DNA of 64,000 bases from an uncultured Clostridia bacterium (GTDB lineage: Bacteria > Bacillota > Clostridia > Oscillospirales > Acutalibacteraceae): contig CALWUI010000003.1 in NCBI GenBank assembly GCA_944384705.1, forward strand, positions 1,544 through 65,543, given 5' to 3'. The notes beneath the pieces were generated by a model. That model saw only the letters and a list, made by a program, of their open reading frames with translations, was not told the origin of the DNA and searched no databases. Below, piece after piece: positions 27,146 through 36,356 of this stretch (position 1 is the first letter of the stretch; every line of letters starts with the position of its first letter). The translations under genes were made by a program, and so were the position numbers.

Positions 27146-28426
27146 CTATCTTATAGATTTTTTATTATAATTGCTAATACTAACAGATGCCGTTTTGTTG
27201 GAGCTATAATTTTTATTTTGGGGATTGCTATTTAGACTTTTTTTATTTGATTCCTGAGAATCTTTATTTTTGCCATCAGAGCTTTTGTTTTGATAGGGCT
27301 GGCTTTTAATTGAATCTTCATATATAAATTTTGCAAGATCGTATCTTGCTTTGTTTAGATCGCTTATAACAAGTACAGATGCACCATTAATGTTTTGACC
27401 AGTAAAATTGCCTTCTTCTGGGAGTCTAAACTCTTCAAAATCATACTTAATGTATTTGAGCGCATTCTTGCTAAGTGTTATGATTTCATTCTTTTTAAAA
27501 TTAGTATTTATATATGGCCCAGCTTTTTCGATTATACTAATAATCTGAGGCAAGCTGCTGGATTTAAATTTTTGTAAAACCAAAGAAATTACATGACGTT
27601 GCCTAAAAGTTCTAGCGTAGTCATCATGGAGCCCTTCTGCAGTAGGAACTTTACGGCTTCTAGCGTATTGCAAAGACTGTGCACCATTTAAATGTTGTAT
27701 GCCGTCTACTTCCTTAAGAAGTGGAGATTTAAATGGTGTTAAGCCACCTTTAACTAGTGCAGCGTCTAGCTCTACAAGCAAGTTATTTATATGATGCGCT
27801 TCTTTTGCAGTAATTTCAATATCGAGGCCACCAATAATATCGATAATATCTTTAAATCCTTCAAAATCAACTGTGCAGAAGCGATCTATTTTTATACCAA
27901 AGTTGTGTTCAATTGTTTTTATTGCAAGCTCTTCTCCTCCGAGCGCAATTGCTGTATTAATTCGGTTATTTTTATACCCAGGAATATTAAGCCACATATC
28001 TCGCATTAGAGAAGTGAGCTTAATTTTTTTTCTCCTACTATCAAGTGATAAAATCAAAATAGAATCACTTCTGCTATGCACATCGGCTTCTTCATGGCGA
28101 TCCACTCCGAACAAAGCTACATTTAAAACCATAGGATCCTGCGCTGACCCTGAAACATATTCTGACTCATTTCTGTCTATAGGGGTATAATTTAATGAAT
28201 CTAACATTTTGTATGCATATATTAAAGATCCACCAATTAATCCTATAATAATAGAAATAATTATTCCAAAAGAAAAAACAATCTTTCTTTTTCGAATTTT
28301 TTTTAAATTAATATTTGAACGATTATTTATATGATGCTTAGAGCTACTATAGATATCTTTTTTTTCGTTCAAATTTTCAAATCCATCGTTATAATCATAA
28401 TCCGAATTTTTGTCTTTGTACGACAT
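27146..28426 (-). CDS. LytR-CpsA-Psr (LCP) family cell-envelope phosphotransferase
   Basis: Cytoplasmic tail, one TM helix and an LCP domain (NVALFGVD......RSDSILILSLD, LTSLMRD). Ser/Asn/Lys-rich C-terminal tail. Confidence 0.85.
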   Translation of the reverse strand: MSYKDKNSDYDYNDGFENLNEKKDIYSSSKHHINNRSNINLKKIRKRKIVFSFGIIISIIIGLIGGSLIYAYKMLDSLNYTPIDRNESEYVSGSAQDPMVLNVALFGVDRHEEADVHSRSDSILILSLDSRRKKIKLTSLMRDMWLNIPGYKNNRINTAIALGGEELAIKTIEHNFGIKIDRFCTVDFEGFKDIIDIIGGLDIEITAKEAHHINNLLVELDAALVKGGLTPFKSPLLKEVDGIQHLNGAQSLQYARSRKVPTAEGLHDDYARTFRQRHVISLVLQKFKSSSLPQIISIIEKAGPYINTNFKKNEIITLSKNALKYIKYDFEEFRLPEEGNFTGQNINGASVLVISDLNKARYDLAKFIYEDSIKSQPYQNKSSDGKNKDSQESNKKSLNSNPQNKNYSSNKTASVSISNYNKKSIR

Positions 28427-28445
28427 ATAATAACTCCTTAAATTT

Positions 28446-30398
28446 TTATTTATTTTTTATTTTTGAAGCAAAAAAAGTAAAAATAAACCATAAGATTGAG
28501 TATACAGTTACCTCAAGTGTATGTAGATAAGAAACACTTGAGCAAAAAATTAAATATAAAATTAAAAATATATTTAAAATTAACTGCAAAATTTGTAATG
28601 ATGCCACTAAAACAATGTTGCTTTTTGCAATGCAACAAATACTAATAGTTTTAATAAACGAAAAGCAGGAGCCAAAAGTAGATAAAAAAGCTTCAGACTT
28701 TGGCTCTGTTTTATCGTATACTTCATTTATAATTTGCGCATCTTTATATGAAAGAATTTTTAAAAACTTTTTATCTATGCTAAAATCATGCGATATTTTA
28801 TGAATAGTTATATTGCTATCGGATGTTTTTATAAAAATTTTTATGTCTTTATTTTTTATGCAAGAAACTAAAGCTGGAGCTAAACTTTTGGATGGAGCAT
28901 ATTCTAAAATAAACATAGCAACCAGATTCTGGCCAACGGCAAAATAAGTTAGCTCGCAGTTAGGCACTCGATATTTTTCCTCATAATCTCTACTGGGAGG
29001 TATAATTTTAAAATCTTTTAAAAGGTCACGATTGCCAACTAAAATTCTTTTTCCATTAACCCATCCAACAACGCCTTTTTCCTCATTATAAACTATGTCA
29101 GAGGCTTTCGTCAAAATTTTTCTTTTTCCAAGGATTATTTTGTCAAAGACTCGGCTAATAGGAGTATTTAACTGACAAACGACAGCTGCCGCATAGAGTA
29201 TTGCCTCATCTATACGTTGCCCATCAAAGGTTTTTATTCCTCGCAAGACAACATTATTAGGTGGATAAAGATCAGAATCATTTAAAACAATGCTTTTAAT
29301 ATTTGACAATTTATTTATTGCATTTTCGCTAATAATCATAGCACGACTTTTTAGCGCATACCTACAAGCAGAAGAAATAACTGTGTTTATTATAAATGAA
29401 AAAACAATAGGATTAAAAATCACTAAGCAAATATTAGTAATTTCTAGAGATAATATTAAATTTTTGCCAAAAACAAAATTAACAATACCGCAAAATAAAG
29501 AAAAAATTATACTGACCGGAATAAAATTAGCAACTATAAAGTCAAGAAAAGTGACTTTAAAAGAATTATTAATAAAATTGCTAAGGTACTTTGTTTTATA
29601 TTGATAAGCTGTTAAAAGGCTACTTTTAGTTTTTCTTAAATTCAAAAGTTCTTTTAAAGAATAAATATCTATATTGTATTTAGGGCGCAACGAGTTAATA
29701 AATTTAAAATTATAAAGAATTCGCTTTTTTATTGATATTGAATTTAAAACAGTGAGCATAAAAAGAAAAATAAAAAGACTTGTAAGTGCATTATAACTAA
29801 AATAACCATAAAAAAAAGAAAAAATAATCAAGACTATATTGTGAAAAAAGGTAAAAATTAATGGAAAAATAATTGCTGTGTCCAAAGTAAAAATAGCACA
29901 AGAGAAGTGTAAAAAAGCAGATTTTATAATTTTAAAACCGACTAAACAACTTAGAATTAATAGAATCATTGAGCAAATTGAATATATAGTGGAAGTATTT
30001 GAGCAAAACTCAATCAAAAATTTTGGTTTTACCCTAATTAAAGCATCAAAACAAACAGAGATAGAAAAAAGTAAAAAAAGTATTACCGCACCTGTTTTTA
30101 AAGAATTTACTTCTCTCTTCAATTTTTCTTTTATATTTTTATCATCTTCTGGATATAAGAGTTTAGTTTCTTCTGATAAAAATTCAGCCAATCTTGTTTC
30201 GTTGTAAAATTCATCATTTAAATAAGATTTAACTTGAGCTTTGTCGGAAGTAGGACTGTCAGGAACTTCTAAAGGACTTGTATTTTTAAAATTTAATTTA
30301 TTTTCTGTTGTACTAAAAATCTCTTTGTATTTTACTTTCTTTTTATTTTTAAAAGAATTAATCAAACCATCAAAAAATCGATTCAAAAATAAAAACAC
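28446..30398 (-). CDS. P1B-type-ATPase-like polytopic membrane protein with degenerate catalytic motifs (probable pseudoenzyme)
   Basis: 650 aa. The layout follows heavy-metal P-type ATPases, but CPC is replaced by FNP, DKTGT by NDSDL, TGD by TSD and GDGxND by FGSCFS. No recognisable actuator TGE. Confidence 0.6.
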   Translation of the reverse strand: MFLFLNRFFDGLINSFKNKKKVKYKEIFSTTENKLNFKNTSPLEVPDSPTSDKAQVKSYLNDEFYNETRLAEFLSEETKLLYPEDDKNIKEKLKREVNSLKTGAVILFLLFSISVCFDALIRVKPKFLIEFCSNTSTIYSICSMILLILSCLVGFKIIKSAFLHFSCAIFTLDTAIIFPLIFTFFHNIVLIIFSFFYGYFSYNALTSLFIFLFMLTVLNSISIKKRILYNFKFINSLRPKYNIDIYSLKELLNLRKTKSSLLTAYQYKTKYLSNFINNSFKVTFLDFIVANFIPVSIIFSLFCGIVNFVFGKNLILSLEITNICLVIFNPIVFSFIINTVISSACRYALKSRAMIISENAINKLSNIKSIVLNDSDLYPPNNVVLRGIKTFDGQRIDEAILYAAAVVCQLNTPISRVFDKIILGKRKILTKASDIVYNEEKGVVGWVNGKRILVGNRDLLKDFKIIPPSRDYEEKYRVPNCELTYFAVGQNLVAMFILEYAPSKSLAPALVSCIKNKDIKIFIKTSDSNITIHKISHDFSIDKKFLKILSYKDAQIINEVYDKTEPKSEAFLSTFGSCFSFIKTISICCIAKSNIVLVASLQILQLILNIFLILYLIFCSSVSYLHTLEVTVYSILWFIFTFFASKIKNK

Positions 30399-30413
30399 TC
30401 CTTAATCGTTAAG

Positions 30414-31181
30414 CTATATGGCAGAGAACTCTAATCTTTGCCGAGCAACTTCATACATAAGAATTCCTGCGGCAACAGATGCATTAAGAGAATTTATACT
30501 TCCATAAAGAGGCAAAGAAATTAAAAAGTCACATTTTTCTTTTACAATCCGACTCAAGCCAAATCCTTCGTTACCAATAACAAGTGCCATTGCGTCTTTA
30601 AAATCTGTTTGACAATAAGTTCTTCCAGACATATCTGCGCCAAAAATCCAAAGTTTTCGTTTCTTTAATAATTCTAAAGTTAAAGCAATGTTACTAACTT
30701 TAGCTATCTTTATGTATTCAACAGCGCCAGCTGCAGCTTTTGATACAGCAAAAGTTAAGCCCGAAGCTCTTCGGTTTGGAATAATAACTCCATGAGCACC
30801 AGCACATTCAGCGGTGCGTATAATTGCGCCAAGATTATAAGGATCATTAATTCCGTCAGCAACTATTATAAAAGGAGGCTCATTCTTTTGTTGAGCAATA
30901 TCAAATATTTCGTCGATGGTTGCATATTTATGTGCAGCAGCAAAAGCAATGATTCCTTGATGATTGGCGTTTTGGCACAAAGAATTTAATTTTTGAGTAT
31001 CGGATATTTTTATAGGAATTTTAAGTTTTTTAGCTTTGGCAGTAATATCGTTAATAGCCCGATTATGAGCTTTGTTAGAAATTAAAATATAGTCTATAGT
31101 TCGACCAGAAATAAGGGCTTCTTTTACAGAATTTCTTCCAATAATAATTTCATTTTGAACTTTTTCAACTTTATTTTTCAA
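30414..31181 (-). CDS. rlmB: 23S rRNA (guanosine-2'-O)-methyltransferase RlmB (SpoU/TrmH family)
   Basis: SpoU substrate-binding N-domain plus SPOUT motifs (GINDPYNLGAIIRTAE, LVIGNEGFGL, PLYGSINSLNASVAAGILMYE). Confidence 0.85.
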   Translation of the reverse strand: MKNKVEKVQNEIIIGRNSVKEALISGRTIDYILISNKAHNRAINDITAKAKKLKIPIKISDTQKLNSLCQNANHQGIIAFAAAHKYATIDEIFDIAQQKNEPPFIIVADGINDPYNLGAIIRTAECAGAHGVIIPNRRASGLTFAVSKAAAGAVEYIKIAKVSNIALTLELLKKRKLWIFGADMSGRTYCQTDFKDAMALVIGNEGFGLSRIVKEKCDFLISLPLYGSINSLNASVAAGILMYEVARQRLEFSAI

Positions 31182-31291
31182 AATTATACCTCTTATACTT
31201 TACATTTATCTTAAAAACATTTTTATTATAGCATATTTTACAAAATTTTAATATACTAAGAAATCATAAAAAAAATATTTTAAAGTAACTA

Positions 31292-31320
31292 TTGACAAAG
31301 AAATACCGAACTGTTATAAT
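31292..31320 (+). promoter_or_regulatory. consensus sigma-A promoter for the tRNA(CAU) gene
   Basis: TTGACA (31292-31297), 17-nt spacer, TATAAT (31315-31320); 27 nt upstream of the tRNA 5' end. Confidence 0.65.
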
Positions 31321-31347
31321 TTTATTGTTCATCTAAAAAGATGAAAA

Positions 31348-31424
31348 GGGCCATTAGCTCAGTTGGTTAGAGCAACCGGCTCATAACCGGTTGGTCCGGG
31401 GTTCAAGTCCCTGATGGCCCACCA
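31348..31424 (+). tRNA. tRNA with anticodon CAU, most likely tRNA-Ile2 (lysidine-modified); elongator Met not excluded
   Basis: GGGCCAU/AUGGCCC acceptor stem, D-arm AGCUCAGUUGGUUAGAGC, anticodon loop CUCAUAA, T-arm GGGGUUCAAGUCCCU, encoded CCA. G1-C72 is paired, so it is not an initiator. Closely resembles B. subtilis tRNA-Ile(CAU). Confidence 0.9.
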
Positions 31425-31493
31425 GCAAGTTTATTTTTTATAAACTTTTTATTGCTCCTTTATATTTAAATTTACTTTTTTTAAAGCAATAAG

Positions 31494-31525
31494 CCGTCCT
31501 AATAAATTAGGTCGGTTTTTATTTT
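31494..31525 (+). terminator. intrinsic terminator downstream of tRNA(CAU)
   Basis: CCGTCCTAA-TAAA-TTAGGTCGG hairpin (one mismatch) followed by TTTTTATTTT. A weaker AT hairpin with a T-run lies at 31428-31450. Confidence 0.5.
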
Positions 31526-31606
31526 ACATTTTTGTGGCAATATTATATTATAGAAACATACTATGTTTTTAAGCTTATATAATTTGATTTTTAAAGGTGA
31601 CATAAT

Positions 31607-33076
31607 ATGAAACTCGCGGATTTAGTCAAAAAAATAGATTTTTCACTTGTTCAGGGCAATTTAGAGGTAGAAATAAGTGATATTTTTTATGATTCGAGAA
31701 AGTGTATAGATAATTCAGTTTTTGTTTGCCTTAAGGGTTATGAAGCTGATGGCCATAAATTTATAAATTCTGCTTTAGACAAGGGTGCTGTAGCTGTAGT
31801 CGTTTCGGATGAAGTGCAGATTAAGCAAGGCGTTACCGTTATCAGGGTGGAGAATACTAGAGAAGCTTTGGCTTTTATGTCGGCAGAATTTTTTGGCAAC
31901 CCAGCTTTGCAAATAAAAACCGTAGCTATAACTGGAACAAAAGGCAAAACTACAGTTTCTTGTATGATAAGAACGGTTTTGCAAAAGGCCGGAATAAAAA
32001 CAGGATTGATAGGAACTTTAGGCGTAATTATTGATGACAAGGTGACTAAAACTATTAATACTACTCCGGAATCTTATGAAATTCAGCGTTTTTTGAGAAA
32101 AATGGTTAATTCCGGATGTAAATGCGCTGTTATGGAGGCTTCTTCGCAGGGTTTAAAATGGCATCGTATGGATGGTTTTGATTTTGATTATGGCGTGTTT
32201 ACAAATCTTTCTGTAGACCATATCGGTGGCAATGAACATAAAGACATGCAAGAGTATCTAAAGTGTAAAAGTCTGTTATTTAAAAAATGTAAAGTTGGTA
32301 TTATTAACATAGATGATAAAAATTATAGAGAAATTTTAAAAAATCATACCTGTAGTGTAGAAACTTATGGATTTTCACGTGATGCAGATATTGTTGCGTT
32401 TAATGAAAAATTAATATCTAAGGCGGGGTATATCGGTATTCATTTTGAAACAAAGGGAAAGATAAATTTAAGTTTAGATGTAGATATCCCTGGTAAATTT
32501 AGCATATACAATGCTTTAGCTGCTGTATCTGTTTGCCGATATTTTAATATTCCTGAACTTGCTATAACAAAAGGTTTAAACGAAGTTAAAGTTAAGGGAA
32601 GAATAGAATCGGTGCCAGTACCTGGAAACTTCACGCTTTTGATTGACTATGCTCATAATGCTCTTAGTATGGAAAACATTTTGACAACGCTTAGGGAGTA
32701 TAGGCCCAATCGGCTTATCACTTTGTTTGGCGCAGGCGGCAATAGACCAAAAATAAGAAGATATGAGATGGGAGAAGTTTCTGGTAGGCTTTCGGATTTA
32801 TCTGTGGTTACAGCGGATAATTCTCGCAATGAGGACGTTATGGATATCATTTCGGATATTGAGGTAGGGCTGCGAAAGACTCGCGGAAAATTTATTGTTA
32901 TTCCCGATAGAAAAGAAGCAATCCGATATTGTATTTCTATTGCAAAAGATAATGATATTATTGTTTTGGCCGGTAAGGGGCATGAGGATTATCAGGAGAT
33001 AAACGGAAAAAGAATTCATTTTGATGAGCGGGAAGTTGTTGCAGATATTTTAAAGGAACTAAGTGAGGTTCGATAG
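31607..33076 (+). CDS. murE: UDP-MurNAc-L-Ala-D-Glu:meso-DAP ligase MurE
   Basis: Mur ligase motifs (ITGTKGKTT, DYAHNA) and DNPR-like DAP-selectivity region (GAGGNRP). Confidence 0.92.
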   Translation: MKLADLVKKIDFSLVQGNLEVEISDIFYDSRKCIDNSVFVCLKGYEADGHKFINSALDKGAVAVVVSDEVQIKQGVTVIRVENTREALAFMSAEFFGNPALQIKTVAITGTKGKTTVSCMIRTVLQKAGIKTGLIGTLGVIIDDKVTKTINTTPESYEIQRFLRKMVNSGCKCAVMEASSQGLKWHRMDGFDFDYGVFTNLSVDHIGGNEHKDMQEYLKCKSLLFKKCKVGIINIDDKNYREILKNHTCSVETYGFSRDADIVAFNEKLISKAGYIGIHFETKGKINLSLDVDIPGKFSIYNALAAVSVCRYFNIPELAITKGLNEVKVKGRIESVPVPGNFTLLIDYAHNALSMENILTTLREYRPNRLITLFGAGGNRPKIRRYEMGEVSGRLSDLSVVTADNSRNEDVMDIISDIEVGLRKTRGKFIVIPDRKEAIRYCISIAKDNDIIVLAGKGHEDYQEINGKRIHFDEREVVADILKELSEVR

Positions 33077-33080
33077 TTAT

Positions 33081-34469
33081 ATGGAAAAATTGTCTGTGAG
33101 TGAGGTTTTAAAAGCGACAAGCGGCATTTTGCTTAATGGTTCGGCTGAGTTTTTTGTTGATTCTGTGAGCATCAACAGTAAAAAAATAAAAAAAGGAGCT
33201 CTGTTTGTTCCAATAATAGGAGAAAATGTTGATGGTCACAATTTTATAGAAGAAGCCTTTGCAGCTGGTGCAGTGGCGGCTTTAGTTTCGAAAAGCGATT
33301 TTGTAGCTAAGGATCGAGATAAGGCCTGCATAAAAGTTAAAGATACAAAGTTAGCTTTGCAACAATTAGCTGCTTATTATCGAAAAAAATTTGATATTCC
33401 GATTATAGGAGTAACAGGAAGCGTGGGGAAGACTTCTACAAAAGAGATGATTGCAAGTGTTTTATCGGAAAGATTTAATGTTCACAAAACTTATGGCAAC
33501 TTAAATGGGCAATTGGGTCTACCATTGACAATATTAGAATTGGAGCATAAGCATGAAGTTGTAGTTGTAGAAATGGGAATTAGTGAACCAGACGAAATGG
33601 ATAAACTTGCAAAGATAGCTATGCCTAATTGCGCCGTTATAACAAATATCGGTGTGACGCATATAGAAAACTTACATACAAGGGAAAATATTTTTAAAGA
33701 GAAATTTAAAATTACAAATTATTTTAAAAATTCGAATTGTCTGTTTATAAATGGCGATGATCCGTTACTCTGTAAAATTCAAAAGAATAACATGTTTAAA
33801 GTGGCTTCTTTTGGAATAAAAAATGACTGCAAATTTAAAGCAAAAAATATTTTTTGTCAAGATGAAAAGACAAAATTCGATGTTATTTGCGACAATGGCT
33901 GTAGAGAATTTGTAATTCCTACAATAGGAGAACATAACGTTTATAACGCTTTGGCTGCAATTGCAGTCGGTTCTTTTTTGGGGTTAAGTTTAAATGAAAT
34001 TCAAAACGGATTATTAAAGTTTAAAAATATAGCAATGAGGCAGAATGTGCATCATTTAAATGGGGTAACACTAATAGATGATAGCTACAATGCGAATCCG
34101 GATTCTATGAAAAGTGCTCTAAATGTTTTAAAGCAGATATCAAAAAATAACGGCAAAAAAATAGCGGTTTTAGCAGATATGTTGGAACTAGGTGAGTTAA
34201 CTCAAGAACTTCACTTTGAAGTTGGAGAATTTGCAGCACATGTCGGTGTGGATGTTTTGATAACTGTTGGGGATTTGGCAAAATTTATTGCAAAGGGTGC
34301 TTTGCAGCATAATAAAAATATAAAAGTTTATTCGCTTTGCTCGAACATAGATGCGCTTGAATGCTTAAAAAAAGTCATTACTAAAAATGATTCTATTCTT
34401 GTTAAAGGTTCCAGAGGAATGCACACAGAAGAAATTTCTAAAGAGATTATCTCTTTATACAAAAAATAA
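33081..34469 (+). CDS. murF: UDP-MurNAc-tripeptide:D-Ala-D-Ala ligase MurF
   Basis: Mur ligase P-loop GVTGSVGKTSTKE and DDSYNANP motif. The ATG at 33081 lies just after the murE stop. Confidence 0.9.
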   Translation: MEKLSVSEVLKATSGILLNGSAEFFVDSVSINSKKIKKGALFVPIIGENVDGHNFIEEAFAAGAVAALVSKSDFVAKDRDKACIKVKDTKLALQQLAAYYRKKFDIPIIGVTGSVGKTSTKEMIASVLSERFNVHKTYGNLNGQLGLPLTILELEHKHEVVVVEMGISEPDEMDKLAKIAMPNCAVITNIGVTHIENLHTRENIFKEKFKITNYFKNSNCLFINGDDPLLCKIQKNNMFKVASFGIKNDCKFKAKNIFCQDEKTKFDVICDNGCREFVIPTIGEHNVYNALAAIAVGSFLGLSLNEIQNGLLKFKNIAMRQNVHHLNGVTLIDDSYNANPDSMKSALNVLKQISKNNGKKIAVLADMLELGELTQELHFEVGEFAAHVGVDVLITVGDLAKFIAKGALQHNKNIKVYSLCSNIDALECLKKVITKNDSILVKGSRGMHTEEISKEIISLYKK

Positions 34470-34529
34470 TTTGTTTTTTAGTTTGTTGTGATATAAGAAA
34501 AAAGAAGTGTTAGATAAGGAGTTTTTGTA

Positions 34530-35927
34530 ATGTGGTTTAATAATTTATTAGATACTATTGGCAACAATTTGTATGCTTATATTTTAATTCCACTATTGGT
34601 TTTTGCTGGAGTTTATTTTACTATCAGAACTAAGTTTGTGCAGTTTAGACTTTTAAAAGATGCCTGCAAATCTTTGACAGAAAAAGCAGAAAAAGGCAAA
34701 GTTTCTTCATTTAAATCGTTGATGATATCTACAGCCTCAAAGATTGGAGTGGGTCATATTGCAGGAATTTCATCTGCGATTATAATCGGAGGGCCGGGCT
34801 CAGTTTTTTGGATGTGGATAATGGCCATTTTAGGCAGTGCATCAGCTTTTATAGAGAGTACTCTTGCGCAAATATATAAAGTTAAAGACAAAAATGGCGG
34901 GTTTAGAGGTGGTCCAGCTTATTATATACAAAAAACTCTGAACAAAAAGTGGCTTGGCATTTTATTTTCTTGCCTGCTGATTGCTGGCTACGCTTATGGA
35001 TTCAATGCACTACAGTCATTTCAGCTATCTTCAGCTTTAACACCGTATATTGAAAATTATAAAAATAGTGTTTATCCTGTTATTGTCGGCCTGATTTTGG
35101 TTATAATTACAGCACTTGTTATCTGGGGTGGTACGTATCGAATTGGATTTATTTCGGTGTATATTGTACCTGTTATGTCAATTATTTATATTTCTTTGAG
35201 TTTGTATATTGGCATTAAAAATTTTTATAAATTCCCGCAGATTATTTCATTAATTTTTAAAGAAGCTTTTGATTTTAAGGCAATATTCGGAGCTTTTTTT
35301 TATAAGAGCGCACTGATGATGGGAACAAAAAGAGGTTTATTTTCTAACGAAGCTGGTATGGGTAGTGCACCTAATGCAGCTGCTACTGCGGATGTTTTAC
35401 ATCCGGTTAACCAAGGATTAGCACAGATTTTATCTGTGTTTATCGATACATTGCTTATTTGCACGGCGACGGCTACGATTGTGCTTTTTTCTGGTGCGGA
35501 TCTTAATTCTGGTCTTGAGGATATTCCATTGGTTCAAGAGGCGGTAAAGAGTCAAGTAGGCCCAGTAGGCGTACATTTAATTGCATTTTCTATTTTTGCG
35601 TTTGCGTTTACGTCTATAATAGGGAACTACTGCTATGCAGAGACTAATGTGCTTTTTATAAAAAATAATAAAACTTTACTGAATATTTTTAGAATAACTT
35701 GTCTCATAACAGTATTTTTAGGTGCTAATGCCGACTCTAGAACTGTTTGGAATATTGCCGATTTGCTTATGGGTTTGATGGCTGTTGTAAATATCATAGT
35801 AATCTTGCGCGTAGGAGGAATTGCTATTAAAGCACTAAAAGATTATGTAAAACAGAAAAAAGAAGGTAAAGTACCTGTATTTATAGCAGAGAATGCCGCA
35901 ATAAAAAACACCGATGTCTGGAAATAA
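34530..35927 (+). CDS. alanine/glycine:cation symporter (AGCS family)
   Basis: 465 aa, about 11 TM helices, family motifs (FRGGPAYYI, GLFSNEAGMGSAP). Confidence 0.9.
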   Translation: MWFNNLLDTIGNNLYAYILIPLLVFAGVYFTIRTKFVQFRLLKDACKSLTEKAEKGKVSSFKSLMISTASKIGVGHIAGISSAIIIGGPGSVFWMWIMAILGSASAFIESTLAQIYKVKDKNGGFRGGPAYYIQKTLNKKWLGILFSCLLIAGYAYGFNALQSFQLSSALTPYIENYKNSVYPVIVGLILVIITALVIWGGTYRIGFISVYIVPVMSIIYISLSLYIGIKNFYKFPQIISLIFKEAFDFKAIFGAFFYKSALMMGTKRGLFSNEAGMGSAPNAAATADVLHPVNQGLAQILSVFIDTLLICTATATIVLFSGADLNSGLEDIPLVQEAVKSQVGPVGVHLIAFSIFAFAFTSIIGNYCYAETNVLFIKNNKTLLNIFRITCLITVFLGANADSRTVWNIADLLMGLMAVVNIIVILRVGGIAIKALKDYVKQKKEGKVPVFIAENAAIKNTDVWK

Positions 35928-35932
35928 AAAAT

Positions 35933-35958
35933 AGATTATAGCTTTTAAGCTATAATCT
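35933..35958. terminator. bidirectional terminator between the AGCS gene and the convergent small-peptide locus
   Basis: AGATTATAGC-TTTTAA-GCTATAATCT hairpin. T-rich on the + side, and ATTTTTTATTT follows it on the minus-strand transcript. Confidence 0.6.
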
Positions 35959-35969
35959 TTCCTTAATTT

Positions 35970-36092
35970 TTAATATAAATATTCTTCAGCCCAATTTTCT
36001 GCTTCTCTTTCTGTATTAAAGTAAGTTGTACAACGGTGTCCTGCAGCTACACATCTGTGTAAATGTGTATTTGATCGACCATCTTTTTTCAT
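35970..36092 (-). CDS. 40-aa ORF overlapping the stop of the GG-leader peptide ORF (TAATG), or the out-of-frame C-terminal part of that gene
   Basis: Hand translation: MKKDGRSNTHLHRCVAAGHRCTTYFNTEREAENWAEEYLY*. No RBS of its own. It becomes contiguous with the upstream ORF if the A7 run at 36114-36120 is read as A8. Confidence 0.4.
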   Translation of the reverse strand: MKKDGRSNTHLHRCVAAGHRCTTYFNTEREAENWAEEYLY

Positions 36093-36217
36093 TATACCAG
36101 AGACCATCCATTGTTTTTTTCATCATCAAAATATATTTCGTACCCACCTGAGATATTATTTAATGATTTGTTGTTAACTTTTTTTAGATTTGAACTATTT
36201 TGCCCTTTATCACTCAT
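36092..36217 (-). CDS. small peptide with a double-glycine (bacteriocin-type) leader
   Basis: MSDKGQNSSNLKKVNNKSLNNISGG|YEIYFDDEKNNGWSLV*. Hydrophobic residues at -4, -7, -12 and -15 relative to GG. AAGGAGAAGAGGA RBS and a consensus promoter upstream. The track ORF start at 36277 lies upstream of that promoter and is unlikely. Confidence 0.6.
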   Translation of the reverse strand: MSDKGQNSSNLKKVNNKSLNNISGGYEIYFDDEKNNGWSLV

Positions 36218-36248
36218 AGTAAGTCCTCTTCTCCTTAGCTTTGATATA

Positions 36249-36277
36249 ATTATACTAAATTTAAAATAAAAAGTCAA
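36249..36277 (-). promoter_or_regulatory. near-consensus sigma-A promoter for the GG-leader peptide
   Basis: On the minus strand: TTGACT (36277-36272), 17-nt spacer, TATAAT (36254-36249). Confidence 0.6.
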
Positions 36278-36356
36278 CTATTTTGTTTATAATTTCAAAA
36301 ATATTTTATTTCAGCGCACTATACTGTGCGCTGAGAGTTTAAATCTAGCATTTCGA

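Noticed and set aside
36311-36334. The 9-bp GC-rich hairpin TCAGCGCAC-TATACT-GTGCGCTGA downstream of rarA was considered as an intrinsic terminator.
   Set aside because: On the minus-strand transcript it is followed by AAUAAAAUAUUUUU rather than an immediate U-tract. It may still terminate or stabilise the transcript, but support is too weak to list as a feature.
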